From assembly GCF_009914755.1 (NCBI RefSeq), contig NC_060946.1: DNA of 64,000 bases, one strand, 5' to 3'. Below are positions 18,478 to 30,699 of the stretch, piece by piece. The stretch comes from the human T2T-CHM13v2.0 reference genome, Homo sapiens. The position numbers and the translations under genes are program-made. How positions within the stretch are numbered: the first letter of the stretch is position 1; each line of letters starts with the position of its first letter. The notes under the pieces were generated by a model. The model did no database searches, was not told where the DNA came from, and was given only the letters and a program-made list of their open reading frames with translations.

Positions 18478-20255
18478 GTTCCTCAGGGTAAGGGTGCCCT
18501 AACTCCTGTGGGGACCTTCTTTCGTGGCTCCTCAGGAAGTAAGGAGATGGGAATTGTGCTGTAGAGGTCTACAGCAGCACTGCTTGCTGAGGTGGGGGAC
18601 AATTGCTGTACATTTGTAAGGGCAGTGGCTGTGCTGGGTATGCCTCAGTTTGCTGAGGGGCTTGAGGCGGGTCCCTCTTCCTATTTCCTGAAAGAGGTTG
18701 TCCATCTTTGCTAAATTTAGAATGACACGGACTTGCCCAGTGATTGCCTTTCTTACATCAGGGACGTACATTGGGACTTTTCTGTTGATTGATGGTAGTA
18801 GTTTTCGTCTTTTGAATTCCTTTCTACATTCCTTTCTTGTGTCCAATTTGCCCACAATTAAGGCAAGAGCCTGAGAAATGAAGCATATTTTTTCTTACTC
18901 TTAATCTAGCCACAGCCTGAGCTAAAAGAATAACCTTATGTAAGTTATCTCCAATGCCATCGCAAGCCTTAATATATTTAGTTAAATGGGCCCTCTCTGT
19001 CTGGGATCTAATAGCAGTTTGACACTCTGCATTAGCATTATTGTATGCAAGAAGCTGTATTACAACATCCTGAGCTGTTTTGATCATTTACAGCTTTATA
19101 CACAGCCTCTTGGAGCTGAGCAATAAAATTAATATATGGTTCTTTAGGTCCTTGTCAGACAGAACTGAAATAAGGACACTTTTCCCCTGTAACATTTATC
19201 CTTTTCTAGCATGTAAGCACATGAAGCACAGCTGAACAATGGCAACATCTTCCATTAGTGCTTGATTCTCTAATCAACCCCAGTTAGGGCCAACTCATAT
19301 TAACTGATCAAAGAAAACAGGCACAGGTGGATGCACTTGTGTGTGTTCTTTTGCCTGAGTTTGATCTTCATCAGCCTACCAAGTTTTAAACTGCAAGTAC
19401 TGAGATGGAGTGAGAACAGGTTTTGTCAAAGTATCCTTATTATATGGTAGTAATCTATTATCAAGAGCCATATTTTTAAATAAAGTTTGCACAAAAAGAG
19501 AGTTCAATCCATATTGACTAATGGCTTGCTTAAATTCTTTAGTAACTTAAAAGAGAAAGCAGCCTAATTAGCTATATTCTGTCCTACTTGCTGGATTATC
19601 GTAACGGGAAATTGCCATGCTTCAAGGTCTCCCTTGGCTTTAGCTTTTTGAATAGAATTTTGTCTACCACCACCAATTGCTCCAGGTTTTAATGTTGTAA
19701 CTACAGGAGCAGTAAGTTTTTCAGCTAATTTATTTTCTCACCCATTTAGAGGAGAGAGAGGAGGTGGCCATTCACTTAATTCAGCAGGTGGAGCCAACGG
19801 ACTAGTAAAACATATTTTTTAAAGTTTTTCTTTCTTTTCTTTAATCTCCTCTGGTAGCTGCTCCCCACACTCAGAATTTGAAGTTAGTGTTTTACACTCA
19901 TCCTCCTCTTCCTCATCTGAGTCTGCCTCATCATCTGTTTGAAATGGCTCAAGGGCTGCCTTTATTAGTGCCCACACTGACCATACAGAAACTAGAATTT
20001 TTGCTCCATCTTTATATGCCTTTTAAAAAATCTCTTCCAATTCTCTCCCATTCATCCAACTTCATAGTCCTTTGTTCTGGAAACCATGGGCAAAACTGCT
20101 TTACTGTACTAAAGAGTGATAACAAATTCTAAGTACTAAATTTCATTCCCCATCTTTGTATGTCCTCGGGTGTCTTTTGATGTTGTGTCCTCTGCTTTCA
20201 CATGCTCCAGCCTTCCTTCACCGGGTCTTTGTCACCCCATGTTGGGCGCCAGGAA
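18478..20255 (-). mobile_element. Second HERV-K internal region (HML-1/HERVK14-like): leader, gag and start of dUTPase
   Basis: QLLAYNNANAECQTAI..YIKACDGIG; knuckles CLNCGQIGH and CKKGNHWASPC; SAAVDLYSTIPISLLPEEP..VPTG. Confidence 0.8.
20234..20251 (-). promoter_or_regulatory. tRNA-Lys(CUU)-type primer binding site
   Basis: rc TGGCGCCCAACATGGGGT versus canonical TGGCGCCCAACGTGGGGC. Confidence 0.88.
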
Positions 20256-20538
20256 TATTGGGGTGATCAGACCCAACACTAGGTCATGGGGGTGATGAAG
20301 TCCGGCAGAGTCAAAGGAATGAGAAAAAGACAGTTTGAGAGAGAAAGTGGGACCAGGAGACCATCACGAGTGTGGAGTCTGCAAAGTCCCCAAGCTCTGG
20401 GAGCCCACGCTATTTGTTGGTGCTCAAACAAACAGGTGGTGAGGATTTAGGGGTTGAAAGGAAACGGTGTATCAAGTGAATGAGAAACATATGGCCCTGC
20501 CTCAGCTTCTCTTCCAACACTCAGCTTTTCTCCCAACA
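20256..20538 (-). mobile_element. Short ERVK 5' LTR (LTR14-like, probably internally deleted)
   Basis: rc begins TGTTGGGAGAAAAGCTGAGTGTTGGAAGAGAAGCTGAGG and abuts the PBS; only ~283 bp. Confidence 0.7.
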
Positions 20539-21325
20539 CATTCCCCTTATGAACAGGAATAAAATAGGGATGGCTGTTCTCACCACTCCTGTTTAACAAG
20601 TCCTAGCCAGAGCAATCAGGCAAGAGAAAGCGATAAAAGGCATCCAAATAAGAAATGAAGTCAAATTATCTCTCTTCACTGATGATATGATTCTACACCT
20701 AGAAATCCCTAAAGACTGTACCAAAAGGCTCCTAGAACTGATAAAAAAAAAACTTCAGCAAACTTTCAGGATTAAAAAAAATCAACATATAGAAAGAAGT
20801 ATCATTTCTGTACACCAAAAATGTTTAAACAGAGAGGTAAATCAAGAGTGCAATCCTGTTTACAACAGCAACCCCCAAAAGAAAAGAAAAGAAGAATATG
20901 TCTAAGCAAGGAGGTAAATGATATCTAAAAGGAGAACTACAAAACACTGCAGAAAAAAATCATAGATGACAAAGCAAATGGAAAACTATTCCATGCTCAT
21001 GGATTAGAAAGATCAATATTGTTAAAATGGCTATACTGCCAAAAGCAATCTACACATTCAACACTATTCCTATGAAACAACCCATGTCGTTTTTCACAGA
21101 ATTAGAAAAAAATATATTCTAAATTTCATATGGATTTTTAAAGAGCCCAGACAACCAAAGGAAACCTAAGCAAGAAGAACAAAGCTGGAGACATCACATT
21201 ACTTGACTTCATACTATACCCTAAGGCCACAATAGACAAAACAGCATGGTAGCGATATGAAAACAGACACAAAGACCAATGAAACAGAATAGAGAACCCC
21301 AAAATAAACATGCACCTACAGCCAT
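20539..21325 (+). mobile_element. Old L1 ORF2 fragment (L1PB/L1MA age)
   Basis: gtcctagccagagcaatcaggcaagagaaag; ctcttcactgatgatatgatt (degenerate FADD). Confidence 0.9.
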
Positions 21326-21329
21326 CAGC

Positions 21330-21645
21330 TTTCCCAGGATAACACAAAGAGAGCCAAGTGGCACCTGCACATTACACTGTGGAAGAAAAACCCAAGCTCA
21401 AGAAACCCCAACTTGTATTATGGGAAGTTCACTTGGCTGTACCCTTCCCAAGAGGGAGAAATTATCTGCATTATACTAGACAGTAAATAAACTTTTCCTT
21501 TGTTCCAGAAGGAGGTACTGGTTTTCTATTCCAAGGCTGTTTTCTATACAAACATGCTTGAAAACAATCATTTGGAACAAGAAAGTCAGCGTCCATACTT
21601 GCAAAATGTGCGGAAATTAAAGAGACAAAAAAACTGTTTCTCTAC
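21330..21645. mobile_element. Probable old ERVL-class LTR fragment
   Basis: Weak resemblance to recalled LTR consensus (tatacaaacatgcttgaaaacaatc...gcaaaatgtgcggaaa). Confidence 0.35.
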
Positions 21646-21924
21646 CAATTTCTATTTTTTTTAAATCACATTTTCCCCATATAATATGCTTTTAATATGT
21701 GATCATATTCTGAAATTGTCTTAGCATTTACCCCCATTTCTGAGTCCAGAAGGATACAATAAATTTAATTTAATTTAGTAACACTTCAAATAGTAGTGAT
21801 TGTAATAGCAGAGCTAGTTTGTAGCATAAAGAAAAAATAATAATATTATTAGGTGACACAAATAATGCTAGCCACCATTTCTAAGTGTCATGGTAAGTAC
21901 AGTGATTATTTTCTTTTTTTCTGA

Positions 21925-22097
21925 CTCTTTTTTATTGTATTTTTTATTTTTTTTCCCATAGGTTATTGGGGTACGGTGGTATTTGGTTCCATGAATAAGT
22001 TCTTTACTGGTTATTTGTGAGATTTGGGTGCACCCATCACCCGAACAGTGTACACTGCACCTTATTTGTTATCTTTTATCCCTCGCCCCCCACCCTA
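21925..22097 (-). mobile_element. L1PB1-like 3' end
   Basis: T-rich tail then cccataggttattggggtacggtggtatttggtt...gcacccatcacccgaacagtgtacactg. Confidence 0.85.
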
Positions 22098-22509
22098 TTA
22101 AATAATAGACAAAAAATAATGGGTTTAGAATAAATGAGTTCAAATGAATTGTCAAACGTATGTGGGAAAAGTGGAATCAGTTTGTGAGAAAAAGCAAAAA
22201 ACTCAACAGAAATGCTGATAAGGCATCATCCCTTCATGGCTAGAGCTGCCAGGACACTAGAACACCAAAATCAGCTAGGGAAATTTTGTAGAAGTCCCAG
22301 ATGTACTAAATGTTCTGTGAATACACAGAGATATAATTATAACTGTTACCTGCACGTAGAGTAAAGATGAGAAGGCATTGGTCATGGTGGCAGCTACCTC
22401 AGGAGTTACAAAGCAGACGTGGTTCCAGGACAGTATATGTCAGGGCAAAGCTGTCCTCGGAGGCTATTAGGAGCTGGTTATGGCACAGACATTGTAAGTC
22501 AGATGGTCT

Positions 22510-22556
22510 CATTACTTTCAATGACAAAACCAAAATTACTTTTGCATCAGCCAATA
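22510..22556. mobile_element. Half MADE1 (Hsmar1 MITE)
   Basis: cattactttcaatgacaaaaccaaaattacttttgcatcagccaata resembles the MADE1 spacer plus right TIR. Confidence 0.75.
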
Positions 22557-22814
22557 CAACGGCCTGGCAAGAGCACAGAAAAAGTCCCTGTGCTGTTAGG
22601 TGGGGACCTCTGATGCAGCACAATTCCTTCATCCCCTTCTCCAAAACCCCCTCTTCCAATTCCACTGAAGAGAGAATCTGATGGAAGCCCTGTGTAAGCA
22701 GGCTCAGATATATCTACCACTATAGATAGTAGAGGTGATTCACAAATCCAAGCCTATCAAATACATCATAAATAAGTTACACGTTTAATTTTTTTTTGAA
22801 ATTAGGGATCATGA

Positions 22815-23314
22815 TATGAAAGTTATCAGAATCAAAACTGTCAATAATGTTTAAAAAGAGAAGAAGAAACCTGAACAAATAGATTCAGAGAAGGCCTTGA
22901 AGAGAGGGTTCTCATGCTTCTAGGCCTGATAAAAACTATTACAAAATACTACAAAAACCACAACCTTGCACAAAGGCCATAGCAACCTTACACAAAATAC
23001 ACTTCTGTGAGGACATCTATCCAGCAACCGCCTGCCCAAACTTCAACTGATATTGACCTTGTTGTTGATCTTTATAGTCAAAGGTAACTATATCAAAACT
23101 ATTATAGAAGCCTCTTCATTTTTCCCTTATTTATTTTTTTCTACTCCCCCATACTTCCAGGTTGATCATTTTTCTTTTAAAGACCTTGTCTTCCTTTACC
23201 ATTTGAATCTATATAGTTTGCTTTGTCATGCATATTCCCATTGCAGTGCCCTCCTCCCTAAGATGTGTCTTTTTCCTTTAGAGAGCCTTTCTCTGTTTGT
23301 TATTTAGGTTTACA
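22815..23314 (+). mobile_element. Solo ERV1 LTR (MER65-like)
   Basis: tatgaaagttatcagaatcaaaa to gttatttaggtttaca, flanked by 4-bp TSD ATGA (22811-22814, 23315-23318). Confidence 0.75.
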
Positions 23315-24624
23315 ATGAGAAGGCACGTAAAGTATTTTTACTGTCTTCCTAGGAAAAAATCACTAACTTACAGTATTTATATTTATTTATTTACATTCCT
23401 GGGGATGAGGAATTAAAGATTTCACAAATTTTCTTATTGAGAAGATCCAAGTTTTCAGGTAAGCAAAACTGAATATGTAAATTGATATGTAAATTATGCT
23501 GCAGATAATATGGTCAAATGTTTACTTGTATATAATTTGTTACACATGAATATTGCATATGTAAGATAATATACTAAGAAATTATCACATTTAATGAAAT
23601 GCTTTAATCAAATTCCTGATTGAATTTTTGATATCAATATCTTTTTCATTGTTTAATCCATCTTTAGGGTGAACAGGGCTTTATAGGCCAAAGTTATGAC
23701 TTCTATCTAAATTGTCTGAGTTACAGAACTTTTTGAATTTATTATGTTGTCACAGGAAGTTTCTTATTGCTTGTTTAAAGGAGTGTCTCTCAATATGATG
23801 CAGAATGCAAACGCACTGAAGGGCATATATCCTGAGTTTCTGTTACTGAAGCCAAAGGTTGCCAATTTCTTGTAGATCCTGCTAGAGTTAAACTTCATTT
23901 AAGTAATCATTAAAAGCTGAATTTATTCCCTCACTTGAAATTTTGATTTCACACTATTAGGACTAATCCTCTAAGTCTTTGCTAAGTTATCTTCCTCTTT
24001 TTCTTGTAGCTTGACTTTGATGATCTCTATATGCAACTTCAATTGACATAAATTAAAGTACATTCAGGGCAAGAGAGTTTCTTTAAATATTACTTTGTTA
24101 TTCAAAATAATCACAAAAGCACTCATCGTAGGAAAACTTGTGAGGACTCAAATATAGGGAAATACTTTTTCTTTCTAAGGCACAATTCTCTAAAGAAGTT
24201 CACCTTAATTTGAATATACATGGGAAAATATCCTTGTTCACTAATAGTCTATATTCACTCTGTTTTCTTCCCTCATAGACCAGCCGGTTCACTATTATTC
24301 TCCAAATGATGTGTGCTTCTCTAGAGTCCAGGCTATCTGCATATCTAATTTTTCCCACAAATTACTGTTTTGAATTGCACTGAATTCAATTCAAGGGGAT
24401 GTCATTTATAAACAGTGCAAATATATACTGCACGAGGGATCTTAGAAATCATACACATGGTTTGATCCATAAGCTCATATGAGCGTGCAATGTCAACTTT
24501 TTTCATGTTTTTATAAATCCACTTAAATTCTATTTTAAGCCATCATCTGCCTGTGCTGTTAGGGCAGTTAGCCTTCAATCATTTTAAGATGCTCCCCTCT
24601 AAGTACTGTGATAGTGATAGAGAT

Positions 24625-25000
24625 ATCACCAGTCAGTTGTCCTAGGAAGCCGACTCCGAGTTGGAGATTTGCATGCAAGGAGGTTGAAATGATATTCCCA
24701 ACACCTGTGGAAGAGTGAAAGCAATAGGATTGGGTGGAGCAGGAAGTCGGCTGGAATGCAATCACTATCATGGCCGCAGTCCACTCTACAAGGATCTTGG
24801 TGAGTTTACCTAATGACTTCGAATTGGAGCAAGAAAACCAGGCCATTATATTTCTGTACCAAGCAGTTCTTGGATGTGGGATGCCTTGAGAAGGGACATG
24901 AACTTGGATGAAGGAACTTTACTGTGCTGTGAGTATTGTTGCCAGGAGTCAGCTGTCAACACTCCCAGGAGACGGGAAATTATGCTTTAGTCACTGAGGC
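24625..25000. mobile_element. Old ERVL LTR (LTR33-like)
   Basis: gagttggagatttgcatgcaagg...aacacctgtggaagag...aggattgggtggagc. Confidence 0.5.
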
Positions 25001-25579
25001 GGCATGTAGTGTCAGACCACAGCCTTGTTAAACAGAGCCAGAATTTGGAGGATGGTTGGTGGGTTAAACATTTGGGGCTTGACATCTTGTCCCCACAAGC
25101 TGCTTCTGGCCTCTTCCTTGTCCATTTCTGTGTGACCTGTATAGGAGCCCCAGCTTCCTGCTTCTTCTTTACCATATTTGGAATGCAAAAATCTATACGT
25201 AATTTGGCCCATGGACCCTTCTGCTTAGACATATCCTTGTAGCTATTTTTTTTAAAAGATGACTATGCCTTCTAGAATATTTCTAAGAAACTGCCTAAGT
25301 CACCACTGCTCACCAAGAGGCCTTTGTTTTTTCCTCTTCTTAACCATAGGAAAGGAATGTAGGAGGGTAGGGAGTGGATATTTTCTAACCTGGAAAAAAC
25401 TCATTTTACCCTATATGATTTTTGTTAGCAAATTCCTTCTTTGCACTTACTCCACAATCTTTCCAAATTCTCCCAAATGCTCAAGCTTTTAAAAAACAAA
25501 AGACAGAAAAATAGCAGGTTATTAGGTTTTCCAACAAACCTTTTCTTTCTATTCCTTTACATCAGTGGGCTTAGAATAA

Positions 25580-26018
<439 letters not shown>

Positions 26019-28424
26019 TCATATATCCCCTGTGTTAGACCAAGAGCTTCTAAAAGCCAGAAGACATACACCATTTATAGTTCAATTAGAGATGTTCACT
26101 GATAAAACTTATTCTTCCATCTGAGGGTGGTATTTGTAGTTACAGTAATGTAGATGACAATCTAAGTTATGTTCTATAAACTGTGTCACTGACATCTCAA
26201 TCTACAGCTAACTTTAATTTTTTAAAAGCAGAGGAGTGGGTTCTATAGGTTTAGAAATACATTCATCAAGCTAGTTAAGTGAGATAGATTCAAACCTTCA
26301 ACTCACTGGAATATTTACCAAATTGACTATTCATTAGCTAAAGGAGCCATACAAACAAGGTACTTTTTAAAATTCAAAATTATGTAAGGTTTTGTTTCCT
26401 TTTTATGCTGTTATGAATTGGATTGTAGAGGTTATAAGGTAAAATAAGGTTACTTTTACAGTAAAGCATACAACACATTGTCACAAGAGGGCAGCCTTTG
26501 AACATGAATTGCTTCTCAGGCATTCCTTGAAATTTTGAGACAGTTACTTTAATTAACACAATTAAATAATAAAACACTACAGAGGATATAAGAAGATACT
26601 TTGACTTATGCATATTGTTACTTTTTTATTACTGCTAGTGGAAGATGTAATCTACAAGGAAGGCAAGGGCTGAATTTGTTTTATGTAAAAAGACAAATTT
26701 CTTTGGGTTTTAGCTTTCAAACAAGATAGTAGGTCAATGTCTAAATGAGTGTATCAAAGTTGTCACACTAGCACATGTAAATCCACCTCTTATCTACCCA
26801 AAACTCCAACCAAGCAAAGGCAAGTTGGAAGAATCAGACAAATGTAAGTGCCTAGGATACATAAATGCCACTGGATTTTATGTTTTTAACTTTCAACCTC
26901 CCAAGTTTCACTAAGAGACATGTTATTTGGAGAGGTTGCTAAAGTGTAGTTGTATGATGTCTCTGTGTACGGTTGGTCTGGACCTCTTTCTGTCCAGTGG
27001 TTGCCCTCAACTGATTAGAGTCACCTCTCTAAAGATCATGCTTACGTCCCTGGAGCAGTCCACAGCACTATCAATGTCTGACCTCCACCTTTTTCCAATT
27101 AATATTTCTGTACTTACTGAATTGGAAAACATACAGGTGTTTTTTGCCTGGTCACTTGTGGTTTTACAACACTCCCCCCGCTTCCGCACCACTGCCCCAG
27201 GTGATTTTGTTGCCAGCCAAAGTGTGAGAACTACTGGCAGCTGCTGGCAGACAGCAGCAAAGGCCCAAATCCTCTGTGTGATTTCAATACCCCTATCTGG
27301 TTTTCAGCCATATTTCCTTCTCCTTCTCAAAGCTGAGCCCACTCCTCCTCCCTCACCACCTGTAGGCTATGCTTTAGAGCCTGTGTCCAGGATTAGTCCT
27401 GATGTAAGGCACGTGGGGTTTAAGGATCTCTCTCTTCAGTCTTATTTCCGCACCATCGCTGACACATATATTCCAGTTGTACTCATGGGGCTACCTCCTT
27501 TTCTTTCCAGTCCCATGCTCATTTTCTCTATCACATTCTACCTTGTAATAACCTAAATCTTCTGGTGGGCAAGCTTCTTCCTCAATCAAATTTGTGTTTA
27601 TGATTGTGTTGGGGATTGGCTTAGTAATCCAGGTACTGCTGCTGCCTTGAAAGCGGAGACTGCATCCTTCTGTCTGGATATCTTGAGTTTCTGGATTGTA
27701 AACCTTATTAGGGCCCATTTTTCCTAGAATTGGAGCCTCTACTTTGTTCTTGCTACTTTAGTTCACCCAGAAAGCACGATCTCTGCCTGAATTTCAAAGT
27801 GTTGGCTAGCTTAAATATCCTTTTGTGAGACTTTCGTCTTCCTGCGGGGTGATTTTTTCATCTTACATACCATTGCTAATCTTTTTGTCTTGCATGTAAT
27901 TGAAATAGTTTTAATCTGTGTTACCAGCAACAAGAACCCCTTTTATGAGATGAAGAGGCCAGGTCAGTCTCATAACATGTGTCCCCCTCCGTGTGTTGAA
28001 TTTATGTCAGAGCCAGTTTCTTTCCTATTTGACGTCTCTCACCAAATTCCAGTGTTTATGTCCTAGGAGGTGCCCAATAAATTCTAGAGTTGATACAAGC
28101 TGCAATTTTAGAGAAATTAAATTAGCAAGTAAAATTAGATTATATACAACCTAATCAACTTTTTTTTTTCTGAGGATGACCAAGATTTGGGCTTCAGTGA
28201 CAATAGTTGTCCCCTAAATATTTATACTCAAAATCTAGGATCACCAGTACAATGTTGAATAGAGGTGATGAACACACACATCCCTTTCTTGTCCTAATCT
28301 ATGTGGTTTAAACATTTACGCTTTCACCATTAAATATAGTATTGTTTATATGTTTTGTTGTGGATGCTTTCCATCACTTCGAGAAAATTTCTTTATCTAG
28401 CTTGCTGAGAGTTTTTTTTTTAAA

Positions 28425-29046
28425 TCAGCAATAGATATATCTCCAAAGAAAATATCCACATGACCAACAGATACATGAAAAAAATGCTCTGCATCACTAA
28501 TCAGGGAAATGCAAATCAAAACCACAAACAGATATTGCCTCAAGCCCTTTAGAATGGTCTTATTAAAAAAAAAGATAACGAGTGTTAACAATGGGGAGAA
28601 ATTGGAACACTTCTACAGTGTTTCTGGGAAAGTAAAACTGTGCAGCCTCTATGGAAAACAGTACGGTGGTTCCTCAAAAAAATTAAGAAAGTAGAACTAC
28701 CATATGATCTAGTAGTCTCACTTCAGGTTATTTATCTGAAAGAATGGAGATTGGGATGATTCTCAGGCTCATTGCAGCATTATTTACACTAATTAAAATG
28801 TGGAAATAAGGTTAATGTCTATTGGCAGATGAAAAGATAAAGAAAATGTGGTATATTCATACAACGGAATATTATTCAGCTTTAAAACAAGAAAGCCCGT
28901 CAATATGCAACGTGGATGAACCTAGAGGACATTAATGCTAAGTAAAGTAAATCAGTCACAGAAGGACAAACTGTATGATTCCACTTGTATAAAGTATCTA
29001 AGATAGCCAAATTCATTAGAATCACAGATTAGAATGGTGATAGCTC
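28425..29046 (+). mobile_element. L1MB-type 3' region, opposite to the surrounding L1M
   Basis: gggaaatgcaaatcaaaaccaca; gaactaccatatgatc; gatgaacctagaggacatt. Confidence 0.85.
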
Positions 29047-30402
29047 TTTAAATTGAAGTCAATTTTGCATTCCTAGGTTTTGTAATTTTGGTATCAGGAT
29101 TCTGACTCAAAAAACAAGTTTGGAATTTCCCCCTTCTTTATTTCTGAAATAATTTAAAAATTTTATTTTTTTTAAACGTTTGAAAGAATTCACCAGTGAA
29201 ATTCTTTAGATCTGGGGTTTGCTTATTTTTTTATTTATTTAATTTTATGTTTTTATGTGCAGGTATTTTACAATTAATTTAATTACTTTAATAAATGTCA
29301 ATTACTTCATATGTTCCATTAAATCTTGTGAATTTTTTTATAAGTTTTTTTCAAGGAAGTCACCCTTTCATCCAAGTAATGAAAATTTGTATATAATGTT
29401 TCACAATATTCCATTATCTTGTTAATGTCTCTTGTGTCTACAACTGTACAATCTCATTAATCCCTGATATGTATAATTTGCGTTTTCTTTCTTTCTCACA
29501 GAACTAACTTTTGACCATGTTGATTTTTTCCTGTTTCTGTTTTCTGTCTCATTGATTTCTAATTTCTGTTTTATTTCCTTTCCTCTACTTGTTTTGGACT
29601 TAATTTGTTCTCTTGTTTTAGATTTTCTTTTTAAGGTAGAAAATTAGTTCACTTGTTTTGAACTTCTCTTTTCTAGAATAAGCATTTATACAAAAAATTT
29701 ACTCTGGGTCTGCTTAACTTTATCCCATACATTTTTATATAGTATATTTTTATTTGTATTCAGTTCAATGTATTTAAAAGTGTTTCTTATGATTTCTTCA
29801 TTGAGCTAAAGGGCATTTTAAGGTGTATTTAAATCTTCCAATAGTGTAGACTTTCCTGGGTAGCTTGTTTTTACCCATTTCAACTCATTTTCATTATGGT
29901 CAGAAAGCTTACTTTCCATGATTACAGTGTTTTGAAACTTCTTGAGAGATATTTTGTGGTCTATAGCCTATTGATAAATGTTTCATGTGTAGCATAATAG
30001 AACATATATTCTATTGTCTTGGTCAATATCGATTAGGTCAAGCTGTTGTCAAAATTATTTTATCTTAATTTTCTTTAGTTATTCTGTCAGCAATACAGCA
30101 TTATGTCTTCATAATTACTTGACATTTTATCATTACGAAATAGCTGTCTGTTGTAATATTGCTCGTTTGGAGGTCTACTTTTTCTTATACTAATATAGCC
30201 ACATAAGATTTCTTGTCCTTGTTGTTTCCTTGGTATACTTGGAAATTATTTTACTCTCAACTTATCTATACCATAATATTTGGCATGCATCTCTTATAGG
30301 TACTTTTATTATCCAGTTGGACAATCTGTGTTTTATTTGGAGTATTTAAATTACATTTGAAATAATTACTGAAAAGGTTGGATTTAAGCCTACTATTTTT
30401 GC

Positions 30403-30699
30403 TTTTTTTTTTTTTTTTTTGAGACGGAGTCTGGCCCTGTCACCCAGGCTGGAGTGCAGTGGCGGGATCTCGGCTCACTACAAGCTCCGCCTCCTGGGTT
30501 CACGCCATTTTCCTGCCTCAGCATCCGGAGTGGCTGGTACTACAGGCGCCCGCCGCCATGCCTGGCTAATTTTTGTATTTTTAGTAGAGACGGAGTTTCA
30601 CCGTGTTAGCCAGGATGGTCTCAATCTCCTGACCTTGTGATCCACCTGCCTCGGCCTCCCAAAGTGCTGGGATTACAGGCTGAGCCACTGCGACCAGCC
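30403..30699 (-). mobile_element. AluY
   Basis: T18, ggcgggatctcggctcactacaagctccgcc, caccgtgttagccaggatgg; TSD about tattttgct. Confidence 0.93.

Noticed and set aside
22510-22556. miR-548-type hairpin
   Set aside because: Only one MADE1 arm is present
26927-27556. 209-aa ORF, the longest non-L1 frame
   Set aside because: TTG start, no domain similarity, overlaps a short MER5-like piece (~27190-27238)
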